DNA of 57,962 bases from Candidatus Brocadiia bacterium (GTDB taxonomy: Bacteria; Planctomycetota; Brocadiia; SM23-32). Position 1 is the first letter of the stretch. The number at the start of each line of letters is the position of its first letter. The position numbers and the translations under genes were made by a program. The notes under the pieces are model-generated. The model worked only from the letters and a program-made list of their open reading frames with translations. It had not been told where the DNA came from and searched no databases. The DNA is taken from positions 1 through 57,962 of the forward strand of contig JBKHIT010000029.1 of assembly GCA_046538485.1 (NCBI GenBank). Reading direction: 5' to 3'. Of this stretch, positions 1-10,750 are shown in pieces.

Positions 1-63
1 CCGGGCAGGTATTATCTCCTGCTGAAGTCCTGTGCCTTTCCACGGCACACTGAAAAATGCGGG

Positions 64-2235
64 CTAATCCATCGGCAGATTTAGCCGACGACTGAAAGAC
101 TGGCCCTCGACCACCACAACGACCTCTCCTGCTGGATCGCAACGTTCGACCGAAGCGGAAACCGCTTCCCCTTTCAGCCCAAAACTCCACAGCACGATAA
201 ATACCAGCTCCGTGCCCTCCGCACGTAATATCGTGGCGGAACGCGGACCGGAAGATTCAAGTTCGCCAAGGACCTTCTCATCCGACGGCTCCGGATCGTC
301 GGCGACAATAAGCTCAACGTTCTTCGGGGAGAGAACCGAAAGAAATGCCGCGTCCTCACCCTCTCCCCAACGGAACCGCGGAATCGTCCCGGCTCCCGTC
401 CACTTCGTGGTATTCTCAAAATGCCTGTAGCCCCTTTCGTCACCCAGGTCAATGGATTCTGAAGGTGTAATATCGGGCGCTTCGCCAACGCAATGGACAG
501 CCCAATCGTAACAATGTTCCTCCTCCGAAAGGACCCGATACACATCCAGCACGTAGTCCCGTTCCAGGGCCACAGTTCGATCCAAAAGCACGCCGGGGTA
601 GACCTTTTCGTTGGATGCCCGCACGATTCTGGTCGGTCCATCCGGCAAAAACGCTTCCAGGTGCCCGTCGCTGGTTCGCCCCCGTTCCTCGTCCCGCCAC
701 CACAGGGATTCCTCGTCGCCACGCTCGTAGGGGAACATCGGCCTTCCATCGACGGTGACCGTGTTATGAGCGATGGTCGTCCTCTGCCAGGTGAGGTGCA
801 TCGGATCCGAATACCCTTCGGTGCGTGGAGTATCCGTCACACGTCGTCGCCCGGAGTGGAGATCCAGATGGAGCGCCGCCGGGCTCTGATGCCCGGCGAT
901 ATGGGGTCCCCAGAACAGGAACGCCGCCGGCACGGCTTCATCCGGTGCCGCCCGCAGAACCGCCTGTCCCGACACCGGATAAAACGAACAGCCATTCCGA
1001 AGACGTCCGCTCACGGAAATCGTTCGGTCGTCCGCCATCGAAAACTCCCCTTCTGGATACGTCACGCGTTTCAAGCGGACAAAACCTGCCACTCCGTGCG
1101 ATGCGGAGAGGGACATAGGGAGATCCGGCATGTCGCGGTCTCCATAATCGCGATCGGTCTTATTGAGCAGCCAGGCGTATTTCGGGTCCTGGTAGGCTTC
1201 CCAGGCCAGTTCGTAGATAATTCCCCACACGTACGCCCCCCGGATATTGGCGACCCCCGAATCGTGAAGCATCGTGAAATCGCCTCCGGGAAACATCATG
1301 TAAAACGGCGCGTCGAAAGCTGCTTTCAGACACTTCGTCTCTCCCTCAGGCCCATAAGCCCGGTGGAGGTCTTTCCCGTCCGAAACCATCTGTGCCGGGA
1401 TTTCCGCATGCCAAAGGTCGACCCCCAGGAGTTCCATCTGCCGCGCCACCTCGGTTAATCCCATCAAAGTGTAGAAATGGTACCCGAGAGTTCTTTCCCA
1501 CTGTAGTCCGTCGGATAATATGTCGTGTCTCAAGTGATGAATCAGCCCGTAGCGGAATCGATCGCCTGCCATGTAGCCGTAGAGAGCATCGTGGATAAAC
1601 TGCATATCACCGATCGCAGCCCCGACGATGAGCTGGCCGACATTGAGCCATGTGTTGTGATTCCCGCAGCTGACGTGTCCGTGCGCGTTGGCCGTCTCCC
1701 GGGTAGCCGCCAACATCTTCCCGAACAATTCATCGTCTTCTTCGTCCAGTCCTTCGGTGGCCAGCAGATCGCATGTCCACGCGAGCTTGGAACTGAAACC
1801 ACACTCGGAAAGCCCGTATTTCATGAGCCGTCCGCCTGTGTCCCGAACGGGCGTCTTGAGATAAAGCTCGGCAATGCGCCGGAAAACCGGGAGAGCCTGT
1901 TCACGATACTCGTTTTCTCCGGTGAGTGTCGCCGCCAGCGCGAGATGCAATGCACGCCGTGCCGCGTTTGAACAGAGAGAAGGTTCCGCGCCGGAATCGG
2001 TATCTTCCGGCAGTTCCAGCGGTTCCGATATCGCTTCCAGAAGACGCTCAAGGCCACGCTTCGCCCACCCGTCTTCCTGGATTAACTGCTTGATGCGGTC
2101 GATCTCTTCTCCGGATGCCAGACATCGCGGGCGGGAGGGAAATCGCTCCGGCATCAACCCGAACGGGTCATAGGAAACGTTTTGCAGGCGATTCAACCCG
2201 ACGATATCGGGGTTCGTTGCACCTTCATGTATCAT
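64..2235 (-). CDS. Heparinase II/III-family / oligo-alginate lyase-like protein (723 aa)
   Basis: N-terminal helical region with NHNTW and DGLQWE..GYHFY; C-terminal GHQ..LHLDL and TTIAHNTVTVDG typical of Hepar_II_III; no obvious signal peptide. Confidence 0.75.
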   Translation of the reverse strand: MIHEGATNPDIVGLNRLQNVSYDPFGLMPERFPSRPRCLASGEEIDRIKQLIQEDGWAKRGLERLLEAISEPLELPEDTDSGAEPSLCSNAARRALHLALAATLTGENEYREQALPVFRRIAELYLKTPVRDTGGRLMKYGLSECGFSSKLAWTCDLLATEGLDEEDDELFGKMLAATRETANAHGHVSCGNHNTWLNVGQLIVGAAIGDMQFIHDALYGYMAGDRFRYGLIHHLRHDILSDGLQWERTLGYHFYTLMGLTEVARQMELLGVDLWHAEIPAQMVSDGKDLHRAYGPEGETKCLKAAFDAPFYMMFPGGDFTMLHDSGVANIRGAYVWGIIYELAWEAYQDPKYAWLLNKTDRDYGDRDMPDLPMSLSASHGVAGFVRLKRVTYPEGEFSMADDRTISVSGRLRNGCSFYPVSGQAVLRAAPDEAVPAAFLFWGPHIAGHQSPAALHLDLHSGRRRVTDTPRTEGYSDPMHLTWQRTTIAHNTVTVDGRPMFPYERGDEESLWWRDEERGRTSDGHLEAFLPDGPTRIVRASNEKVYPGVLLDRTVALERDYVLDVYRVLSEEEHCYDWAVHCVGEAPDITPSESIDLGDERGYRHFENTTKWTGAGTIPRFRWGEGEDAAFLSVLSPKNVELIVADDPEPSDEKVLGELESSGPRSATILRAEGTELVFIVLWSFGLKGEAVSASVERCDPAGEVVVVVEGQSFSRRLNLPMD

Positions 2236-2326
2236 GTTTTTCGGTCCCTAGTAGTCCGGTTCTTAAATACGGCAGGATCTGAGGTCTTACGGCAATTCGG
2301 TGTTCCGGGGAAAAAATATTTTCCCG

Positions 2327-3766
2327 CTAAAAAAGCTCTGAAATCGTTTCAACAATTTCTTCGGCCAGTCGTCTTCCACCTTCCGGGCCAACAGGGTTGC
2401 TGGCCGGGATCGAACCGTACCCGCCCCCCGCCACGGACCGTTTGCTCGGCACGTACGTTCCCCGGCCGGTGAGCTGCACAAGGAACGTTTGAAGGGCTTT
2501 GCTACGCGCTTTGATATAAACCCCGAAATCAAGATAATACTCGAATGGAACCGTTCCGAATGCAGCATCACCCAGGCGCAATACGTGCGACTCAACGGGG
2601 AAAGTCTCCCCTTCCTGCTGCGCTTCGAACCGTTCGACCACGCCGCGGAACCAGTTCATACGTCGGTAGGCGCGCGTCACCGTCCGATACCATCGCGGCT
2701 CGTTCTTCAAAGACGGATCAGCCTCCAGCTTTTGTTTCTCCGACTCGTATTGCTCGCGCAGTCGCTCGGCTTTTTCCTCCGCCGTATCACGCTCATCCTC
2801 CGTCAAATTCGTCATCGGCAGGCCAAATTCCAGCACTTCATGTTTCAGAACGGGTTCGTCTTCATACTGTGTTCCGATGCACTCAAGCGTATTCTCCACC
2901 GCATGGGTGATCCGTTCAGCGATAGCTTCGCGTTCGGTCTGCCCCTTCAAATCGAGCATCCGCCGGGCAGACCTCTCTCCGTAGAGCAAATGCGGCGACT
3001 GGTCTCCCGCCGCACTGCACTGCGGGAGAATGAAAAGTTCATCGTCGAGACGATCCCGTATCTCCTTGCGCGTTTCGCACCAGTAGTCAGCACTCAAAAC
3101 AAACTTGTGCTCACTGACCTGCGCCGGACAGGGCACATTGACGATCAGACCGGTCAGCTCCCCGTCGGAGTTCTTAGTAGCGAGCACGCCAACGCTATGG
3201 TCTTCGTAACCCTCAATATGAGAAAATTTGGGCGTGTCGGTGTTGCCGTACATCGTCGAATTGCCCTCTACGTCGACCCATCGCCGATTGCGGCCGACCA
3301 CAGCATAATCCTGTCCAAAAGCAATCGAACCGGGCATGCGGGACTCCCACGCCTGGGCAACGGTTCGTGCAATCCGCTCGACCGCAAATTCAATGTATTC
3401 CTCCACAGGCATAACGTCCAGATCGACTCCTGTGCCTCTGGAACTGTGCCCCGCCCCGGTTTCCGGCACACGTATTTCGGGTCCCGTATGGGTGTGCGTA
3501 CCCGAAATGAAAACTTTCATCGGGTCCACTCCCGGGCATGATTTCGACAGGCGGGAACGCACCGCCTCACGCAGGTGATCCGGGATACCCACCAGATCGC
3601 AGCTGACCAAAATCGCACGGTCGGTCTCGGTTTCAATTGCCAGGGAGGTTGTTGTGATAGGATCCGCGACTCCCTCCGATACGCGCGCGTGGAACTGTCC
3701 TGCTATAAGAACAGGCTGTTCAGGCGTCAGGTCGCCCTCAGACCATCCGATTTGTATTTCCGCCAC
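2327..3766 (-). CDS. Neutral ceramidase-like hydrolase / conserved hypothetical (479 aa)
   Basis: DIT/DLTP start, VSCDL, THTHTGP, AAGDQSP and GYGS motifs of the ceramidase-like family common in PVC genomes. Confidence 0.6.
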   Translation of the reverse strand: MAEIQIGWSEGDLTPEQPVLIAGQFHARVSEGVADPITTTSLAIETETDRAILVSCDLVGIPDHLREAVRSRLSKSCPGVDPMKVFISGTHTHTGPEIRVPETGAGHSSRGTGVDLDVMPVEEYIEFAVERIARTVAQAWESRMPGSIAFGQDYAVVGRNRRWVDVEGNSTMYGNTDTPKFSHIEGYEDHSVGVLATKNSDGELTGLIVNVPCPAQVSEHKFVLSADYWCETRKEIRDRLDDELFILPQCSAAGDQSPHLLYGERSARRMLDLKGQTEREAIAERITHAVENTLECIGTQYEDEPVLKHEVLEFGLPMTNLTEDERDTAEEKAERLREQYESEKQKLEADPSLKNEPRWYRTVTRAYRRMNWFRGVVERFEAQQEGETFPVESHVLRLGDAAFGTVPFEYYLDFGVYIKARSKALQTFLVQLTGRGTYVPSKRSVAGGGYGSIPASNPVGPEGGRRLAEEIVETISELF

Positions 3767-4038
3767 GGTAATATCTCCAATAAAAAGCTTTGCCGAATGG
3801 GCTTTCTCCTTTCAAACACGAAAAAAAAGGAGAAGGTCTTCCCAAAGATATTACCGTGCTCTTTGCCCGGCTTCAAAGTTTTCGGTAACTTCTACCAAAT
3901 CTACCGTTGACAAACGAATCGCGAGACGACATACAATGGTGGTTACGAACACAGGACTTCGTTTTGAAAAAACCGTTTCTAAAATTACGCAGAAGACGGC
4001 AAGACCGGGACGAACTTCCGTCGTGAAAGGAGAAGGTT

Positions 4039-4998
4039 ATGATCGATGCAGGACTGGCTGTCTGGGCACACAGCGTCTATCAGTTTGGCGATGCCGATGA
4101 GATTGCGCGTCACGCCGATCGCCTTGCTCAGGGTGGATTCGACATTCTGATTCCATCAGTGAAAAACCCTCCGGGCTCGGTGGATTTCTTCACGGATGTC
4201 GGCAACGTTAACGAAAAATATCCGGACTGGGACCCACTCCGGGTTATTATTGATGAATGTAACGCCCGGGGAGTGAAGGTGCATCCATGGTTTTGCATTT
4301 TCCCCGAAGGAGAGGAATCCCGTCTCCTGAACGAACATCCCGAGTGCGAAGCCCAATTTGAAAGCCGCTTCCCCTGGGCCTGCGCCTGCAATCCAACGGT
4401 TCAGGATTACCTTTTTGAACTCTATCGCGATCTGGCCCAACGCTACAAACCGGCGGGGCTTCACCTTGATTACATCCGCACAGGTGGCAATTGCACCTGC
4501 GATTACTGCCAGATTGCAATGCAGAAGAGGGATGTGGATATCACCGAGATCGAATACCGCGATCCCGATTTCCAGAAATGGGTCGAGTTCCGGATCTCCA
4601 ACATCACGGGTCTTGTCGAGCGTGTGCATGATTACACCCGCGATCATGATCTGGAACTCTCGGCGGCCGTATTTGCCGACTATCCCCGCTGTAGCGAAAG
4701 CCAGGGACAGGACTGGGTCGATTGGACGCGGCAGGGGTTGGTGGATTATATCTTCCCCATGAATTACACAAATTCCCTGCGCATGGCAGAAGCTCGGGCT
4801 GTCTGCCACAAAACACTGGTGGGCAATCAGGTGCCGCTCTGGGAAGGCCTGGGTAAAGCCAGCAGCTGCTCAGCCCTCAGCACCGCCGACCTGGAACTGC
4901 AGGTGGATAAATGCCTCGATGCGGGCGCCAACGGTATCGTGTTGTTCTCTTATCCCGCGGTCACCGACGAGGATATCCAGATGCTCAATAGTGTCTGA
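4039..4998 (+). CDS. GHL10/DUF187-like glycoside hydrolase (319 aa)
   Basis: DPL..VHPWF, GLHLDYIR, QDWVDW..GLVDYIFPMNY motifs; AAGGAG RBS upstream. Confidence 0.75.
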   Translation: MIDAGLAVWAHSVYQFGDADEIARHADRLAQGGFDILIPSVKNPPGSVDFFTDVGNVNEKYPDWDPLRVIIDECNARGVKVHPWFCIFPEGEESRLLNEHPECEAQFESRFPWACACNPTVQDYLFELYRDLAQRYKPAGLHLDYIRTGGNCTCDYCQIAMQKRDVDITEIEYRDPDFQKWVEFRISNITGLVERVHDYTRDHDLELSAAVFADYPRCSESQGQDWVDWTRQGLVDYIFPMNYTNSLRMAEARAVCHKTLVGNQVPLWEGLGKASSCSALSTADLELQVDKCLDAGANGIVLFSYPAVTDEDIQMLNSV

Positions 4999-5067
4999 GC
5001 TCCATCCTGAAGCCCAGCCTCCCGTTCGCAAAAAAATATCACGCCGAGAAAATTGGAGAGATGTTTC

Positions 5068-7026
5068 GTGTTATTCGATCACCACGAACCCTACGTAACC
5101 GACATTAAAAGCTACACCGGCCCTATGGATCGGGTCAGTCCCTATCACTATTACCAGTTCACATACTGGAACCTTCGTGGCTACTGGCGGAGAGTGCTGT
5201 ATGACTGGACACGTCGCGAGCCATGTAATGCAACGGCCAGGATCGACCCACAGCGGGCTATTGCTGGCGTGCCGACGAGGCTGACGCTCACGGTCGAGGT
5301 CGGCGAGACGCCGATCTCACCCGGAGGACGTATCGCCGTCTATTGCCAGAAAGACTTCGGCGGGACTGCAAACGCAAATGTCGGGCGCCTATTCCAGGGA
5401 CCGGACGGACAGGCGGGCTACGGTTCCCGCATCACGGCCTCGGCCTCCCCCTCTGATGTCGATCTCCGCGTGCGTGTGCACAGCACCGGCTCAGTCTTCA
5501 CCTGCGCCGAGGTCTTTTTAGAATCGGGGGAACTGAAGGAAAAAGACACGCTTACTATCGTCTTCGGAGATGATCCGTGCAAACCTCAAATCGTCTGCGA
5601 AAAAGCCAAAACATTGCCTTTCCGCACTGCCATTGATTACGAAGGCAACAGCGAGTTTCGTCCGATCGCCGACCCGCCGGCCATCGAGGTCGTCGGTAAC
5701 CGGGCCGCCTACCTGCGCTGTTTCGCTCCCGCAACCCCCGAACCGGGAAAACCTGTGGTCGTCCGCGTTGTCGCCGCCGATCTGGAAAACCACAACCCCG
5801 CGTACCACCACCATGGCGAATTGAGCATTCGCACAATTGGAGGCGAAGATAGGCCCGATTACGTCGAGATGCCTGAAGACGCCCACGGATCCCTGCGAGT
5901 CGAAGATGTAGATGTGCCGCCCGAAGGAGTCAGCCGTATCCGAGTTATCGACGAAAAAAACGGACTGATGGGTGAAACCAATCCGATCTGTCCACAAATG
6001 GCACCGTCCGGACTTCAGGTTTATTTCGGTGAAATTCACAGTCACACCGAGATCTCCGACGGAACGGGCACGCCGGAGGATAATTATCGCTGGGGGCGAG
6101 ACGTCGAAGGACTCGATTTCGCCGCGCTCGCCGACCATTTTGAAGACGGCCAGTCGTACAACTATACGCTCGAAGATAAATGGCAAATCACCCGCGACGT
6201 TACGCGTCAATTCCACGATCCCGGCCGTTTCGTAACTCTACTGGGCTACGAAATCGGAACGCTCGAACAGCACAGGAACGTATATTTCCGCGATGACGAA
6301 GGACGCATGATCGTCGAAGGCCCCGATGGCGAAAGAGTGTCCATGGACAACGTTTATCAGAAACTCGAAGGCACCGACTATATTCTGATTCCTCACGCTC
6401 CGAAGTTCCACGGAATCAATTGGAATCGCCCGCACCGGCCCGACCGCCAGCGGCTGGTAGAAATCTGCTCTCACTGGGGCATTTCTGAGAAAGGCGGAAG
6501 CGGACACCACAAATCCGTCCGACACGCGCTTGATATGGGCTATCAGTTCGGGTTTACGGGGGGAACCGACAACCATAATGCCGAACCGGGCAACCCTGAT
6601 CTTGGAGGTATAACCGGCATTTTTGCCCGGGGATTGACGCGCGAGGCGGTCTTCGACGCGCTCATGGCCCGGCATACCTTTGCAACGAGCGGCCCCCGCA
6701 TGGCGCTACGATTCGACTGTGGGAAAGCCATGATGGGAGATGAAATCGGATTGCCCGGTGGGACCCGGCCACGGTTTACGGGCCGCGCTCTCACGTGCGA
6801 TGTCATCGCGCGGCTGGAAATAATCCGTAACGGCAAGATCGTCCATACCGTCGGTGCCGACGATACCGACGACGTCGATTTTGATTGGCAAGACAAAAAA
6901 ACCGTGAATGAGGTGGCGCTGCCGCGAAAACTCTCGGGAAAACCGATTGCCTATTATTATTTGCGTGTTACAACTGTCAACGGCGACTACGGCTGGTCCA
7001 GCCCAATCTGGATCAAACAACGATAG
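5068..7026 (+). CDS. PHP-fold metallohydrolase (DUF3604 / CehA-McbA-like)
   Basis: GEIHSHTEISDG, ADH, GYE, IPH, GGTDNH motifs, C-terminal YYYLRV..WSSPIW; GTG start at 5068 after GGAG chosen over ORF-track 5053. Confidence 0.7.
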   Translation: MLFDHHEPYVTDIKSYTGPMDRVSPYHYYQFTYWNLRGYWRRVLYDWTRREPCNATARIDPQRAIAGVPTRLTLTVEVGETPISPGGRIAVYCQKDFGGTANANVGRLFQGPDGQAGYGSRITASASPSDVDLRVRVHSTGSVFTCAEVFLESGELKEKDTLTIVFGDDPCKPQIVCEKAKTLPFRTAIDYEGNSEFRPIADPPAIEVVGNRAAYLRCFAPATPEPGKPVVVRVVAADLENHNPAYHHHGELSIRTIGGEDRPDYVEMPEDAHGSLRVEDVDVPPEGVSRIRVIDEKNGLMGETNPICPQMAPSGLQVYFGEIHSHTEISDGTGTPEDNYRWGRDVEGLDFAALADHFEDGQSYNYTLEDKWQITRDVTRQFHDPGRFVTLLGYEIGTLEQHRNVYFRDDEGRMIVEGPDGERVSMDNVYQKLEGTDYILIPHAPKFHGINWNRPHRPDRQRLVEICSHWGISEKGGSGHHKSVRHALDMGYQFGFTGGTDNHNAEPGNPDLGGITGIFARGLTREAVFDALMARHTFATSGPRMALRFDCGKAMMGDEIGLPGGTRPRFTGRALTCDVIARLEIIRNGKIVHTVGADDTDDVDFDWQDKKTVNEVALPRKLSGKPIAYYYLRVTTVNGDYGWSSPIWIKQR

Positions 7027-7246
7027 ATAGGTGCTGGCAAACTCAAAGGTCACCTATCTCCTCAGGAACGTGTCTGTACTCCAGGTTTGGTTCAGGCTGG
7101 CGTAGGTCAACTGGAGGGTAAGGTATGAGGTATCTGTGACGTCCGACAGATCCGGCGCGGCAGCATCTTTGACCCAGATGACGGCCCCATGAGGCGGGGG
7201 TTCGCTTTCGCTCAAGCAACCTTCGTGCCTGATGAGAGTTATTTTC

Positions 7247-9538
7247 TCATTCTCCCCGCCCCAGTTCCATCGTATGTGATCCTGGCTCGATATCGCGGGT
7301 ATCCGTCTCCCAACCCTCTGGTGGATCCAAAACGGCCGATGTCTCCGGCGGAACAGTGAGCTCAAGTTTCAGGGTTTCTTCCCCCATGGTCCAAGCAATC
7401 GCCGCCGTGCCATACCGTGTCTCCAACCGGACACCCGCATGCGAAAGACTGCCGCCCGGCCGGGGTCTGAAACGAATGCATTTATAGCCGGGTTCCGCGG
7501 GCTCCAACCCCGCTACGGTGCTCACCATCCAGTCGCACACCGCTCCGTAGGCATAGTGGTTGAACGAATTCATTCCGGGATCCTGAAATCCCTTTTCCGG
7601 AGTCCAGCCGTCCCACCGCTCCCAGATTGTCGTGGCACCGTTCTTAACCGGGAAAAGCCAGGAGGGAAATTCTTCCTGTTCGAGCAGTGCGTAGGCGATA
7701 TCAAGCCGACCCGCCTCTTCCAGGGCATCGAGCAAATAAGAAGCGCCGACAAAACCGGTGCCGATCTTCATTCCGTTCCGCTCGATAAGGTTCACAATTT
7801 GCCCAATCGTTCCAGACCTCTGTTCGTCTGTGACCAGATCAAAATACAGTGCCAGCACGCATGCCGTCTGGGTACCGGCCGCCATCAATCCGTCCGGTGT
7901 CACGAAGCGCTCCCGAAACACCCGGGCCGTCTCGCGCTGCAGGTCGGTCCAACGCCGCACATCTTTTCCCTTCCCTAAAATACCTGCACATTCGGCCAGA
8001 ATCCGGGCGTTATTCGCGTAGAATGCGGTCCCGATCAAATCTTTCGGCGTCCCGCCACTGGTCCTCCCGCTGCCATCGAGAGCCAGCCAGTCGCCGAAAC
8101 CGCCCCAGGAATCCACATCCGGGTGACCTCGCACGCCATCCTTAACTTTGTTCGCCGCCAGATAGTCCATGTAGCCAACCATACAGTCGTAGTGATCGGC
8201 GATAAAATCGATCTCCCCATAAGCCCTGTACATCTCCATTGGACAAATCATCGCGGCATCCGCCCAGGCCGGTCCCCCATCAGAAATCGACCCGAAGGAA
8301 GCCGTGAAAGGGATGTACGGAGGTATTGCGCCGTCCGAAGACTGTGCATCCCGCATATCACGCAGCCATTTGCGGAAGAAATCGGACACATCCATATTAA
8401 ATGCCGCCGTGCGGATGAATACCTGAGCATCCCCGGTCCAGCCCAACCGCTCATCCCGCTGCGGGCAATCGGTCGGCACTTCGAGAAAATTCCCCTTCTG
8501 ACCCCAGACGGTATTCTCATAGAGCTGATTCAGGAGGGAATGAGAACATTCGAATGTGCCGGTGCGAGGCAGATCCGAGTAAAGCGCAATCCCCTCCACC
8601 GATTCGATACTTCCGGGTTCCCGGGGAGGAGTCCAGGAGACTTCCACGTAGCGGAAACCGTGGAAAGTGAACCGCGGTTCCCACGTCTCGAGGCCATCCC
8701 CCTTGAGCGTGTAGTAATCCGTCGCCCGGGCGCTGCGTAGATTTTCCGTATAAATTTGCCCCGAGGAATCCAGCATCTCAGCATGGCGCAGGCGCACGGT
8801 CATGCCACGTTCGCCCTGCACCGTAATACGCACACGCCCGGAGATATTCTGTCCCAGGTCGTAGATAACCAGCCGGGCGTTGCCCTCCCTGGGATTGAGT
8901 TTTTTGGCAGTGATACACTCATGACGCCGCACAAACGGACCATACTGAGGTTCCACTACGATATCCCCGACATCCACCGGGCGGGCGTTTTGCCAATTCG
9001 AATCATCGAATCCGGGTGTATCCCAGCCCTCAAACTCCTTGCGTGCGTCGTACGACTCGCCCATGATAAGATCGTTCTGGAGAATGGGACCGGGAGCCGT
9101 CAGCCATCCTTCATCGCTGCCGATCTTGCCTGTCTGACCTTCGTCTGTGGTCCACTCGATCTGCGCCAGCAATTTGGGGCGATCGCCGTAGTACTGACGG
9201 TCGTTCTTAGCCACATGACCACAATACCATCCATCACCCAGAATGACACCAATAACGTTTTCGCCTTCTTGAATCAGATCGGAGATATCCCAGCATTGAT
9301 AACGCACTCGTTTATCGAAAACCGTCCAACCGGGCGTAAAAACGGTATCATGAGCGGTCTCCCCGTTGACCCTCGCTTCATAGAGGCCGAACGCCGTGAT
9401 ATAGAGGTGTACCTCCCTGGGTTTGCCGGACACAGTGAATTCGTGGCGAAAAAACGGCGCGGGCGCTCCCGTGCGCGGTCCACCGCACAGACTGGACTGA
9501 ATCCACCGGGCAGTCCATTCAACATTCGTTCTATTCAT
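7247..9538 (-). CDS. Alpha-L-rhamnosidase, GH78
   Basis: YDLGQN, FTFHGFRY, PTDCPQRDERLGWTGD, GATTIWERW, NSFNHYAYG; ATG at 9538 preceded by GAGG. Confidence 0.92.
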   Translation of the reverse strand: MNRTNVEWTARWIQSSLCGGPRTGAPAPFFRHEFTVSGKPREVHLYITAFGLYEARVNGETAHDTVFTPGWTVFDKRVRYQCWDISDLIQEGENVIGVILGDGWYCGHVAKNDRQYYGDRPKLLAQIEWTTDEGQTGKIGSDEGWLTAPGPILQNDLIMGESYDARKEFEGWDTPGFDDSNWQNARPVDVGDIVVEPQYGPFVRRHECITAKKLNPREGNARLVIYDLGQNISGRVRITVQGERGMTVRLRHAEMLDSSGQIYTENLRSARATDYYTLKGDGLETWEPRFTFHGFRYVEVSWTPPREPGSIESVEGIALYSDLPRTGTFECSHSLLNQLYENTVWGQKGNFLEVPTDCPQRDERLGWTGDAQVFIRTAAFNMDVSDFFRKWLRDMRDAQSSDGAIPPYIPFTASFGSISDGGPAWADAAMICPMEMYRAYGEIDFIADHYDCMVGYMDYLAANKVKDGVRGHPDVDSWGGFGDWLALDGSGRTSGGTPKDLIGTAFYANNARILAECAGILGKGKDVRRWTDLQRETARVFRERFVTPDGLMAAGTQTACVLALYFDLVTDEQRSGTIGQIVNLIERNGMKIGTGFVGASYLLDALEEAGRLDIAYALLEQEEFPSWLFPVKNGATTIWERWDGWTPEKGFQDPGMNSFNHYAYGAVCDWMVSTVAGLEPAEPGYKCIRFRPRPGGSLSHAGVRLETRYGTAAIAWTMGEETLKLELTVPPETSAVLDPPEGWETDTRDIEPGSHTMELGRGE

Positions 9539-9573
9539 TATTATCCTCGTCTCATGGAAGTATTCCGGTCCAT

Positions 9574-10058
9574 TTACTTCGTGTACAGCCACCAGTATTT
9601 GTCCCGGGCTTTCAACCTCGCCTCCCAGCTGGCAGGTTGCAGAATATCGGGATCGAGATTCTCCACATGCACGTCGTAAAACATAAAATTGCCCCTCTTC
9701 CCGCCCCCATGACGTGCGGGAGCCAACCCTTTCTGGCGATACCCCATTTCTGATCGCGCCCCCATAACTGTAAATTTCCAGGCCTTAGGATAGGCCCAAT
9801 CGGCCGCCTCCAAAGCCCGAAACCATCGCTCGACATTGGTCCTTTTGGCAGGTAGCCCCCCGAGTCGTTGGCATAATATTGCAGCGCAAGCCCCATCTGT
9901 CTCAATTGAGAGGTGCAGGTGGAGCTCATGGCCGCTTCCCGCGCCCGTTCCAACGCCGGCAGCAGCATTGCCGCCAGAATCGCGATGATTGCAATGACAA
10001 CAAGCAGTTCTATTAACGTAAAAGCCGAGCCTTTTTCTATTCTTTTTCCTCTCATCAT
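9574..10058 (-). pseudogene. Prepilin-like (DUF1559/H-X9-DG) gene, frameshifted and probably internally deleted
   Basis: [15 protein letters not shown]-terminus in ORF 9612-10088; C-terminal [17 protein letters not shown] motif in another frame (ORF 9574-10137); switch near 9790. Confidence 0.75.
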
Positions 10059-10290
10059 CCACACCATGATATAAAATAAATCCCGCAAAAGCGAAGTTTT
10101 TTGGCTGAGCTTTCTTCTCTCGGAACCACGGCATCACCGAGCTTGCTCTGCCTTATGATGCTCTCAAAGAGCGCATTACATTATGACAGCCCAGGATGCA
10201 GAGGACTGAAAGTCCTTGAAGCTCTGGGATGAGTGGATAGAACAAAAGTAGTGAGCTGTAGGCCCACCACAAAACCTGGCACTGCCAAAA

Positions 10291-10337
10291 AATCCGGGCC
10301 TAACGACCCGGTTCACAGGCTGGAGAGCCTGTGTCAC
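10291..10337. repeat. REP-like hairpin family E, copy 1 (CACAGGC-TGGAGA-GCCTGTG)
   Basis: Colinear with 55124-55170. Confidence 0.65.
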
Positions 10338-10475
10338 ATGCGTTTCTCAACCGTCCCGCCTGGCTTCCGGGGACGGGATTCGGGCGGATAAAGCGCATGC
10401 CCGATCAAATTCAAATCTCGCGAAAACTTACGACGGCTCAACCCCCTTATCCCGTCACCTGGTGCCCAAAAGAAT

Positions 10476-10619
10476 GAGCGGACTGGACTTCAGCCGTAGG
10501 CTGGAGTTCAGAACGCGGTGCGACTTGCCGGATTCCCGCGCGTGTTGCGGCTTCCCGAAACGTGCCCGTCTCAAGTCCAGTTTCGCCCGCCAGAGGCGGA
10601 CTCAGCTGAACTCGAGTCT
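10476..10619 (+). repeat. Composite palindromic repeat: unit A (10476-10518) + 49-nt spacer + unit B (10568-10619)
   Basis: A = GAGCGGACTGGACTTCAG-loop-CTGGAGTTCAGAACGCGG; B = GTCTCAAGTCCAGTTTCGCCCGC-loop-GCGGRCTCAGCTGAACTCGAGTCT; further copies at 37.1, 45.0, 47.2 and 55.4 kb. Confidence 0.85.
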
Positions 10620-10750
10620 GCCTTCCCGCGAACAGAAAATATCCCGCCCTCGCAGCCGGGGGCCTCACGTTTTTGTGTCGGGTTCCCGAAACAGCACAAA
10701 AAACCTAATAATCGCCAGAGCAAGCCACGGCGCATTTGACGGAGTGGGGG

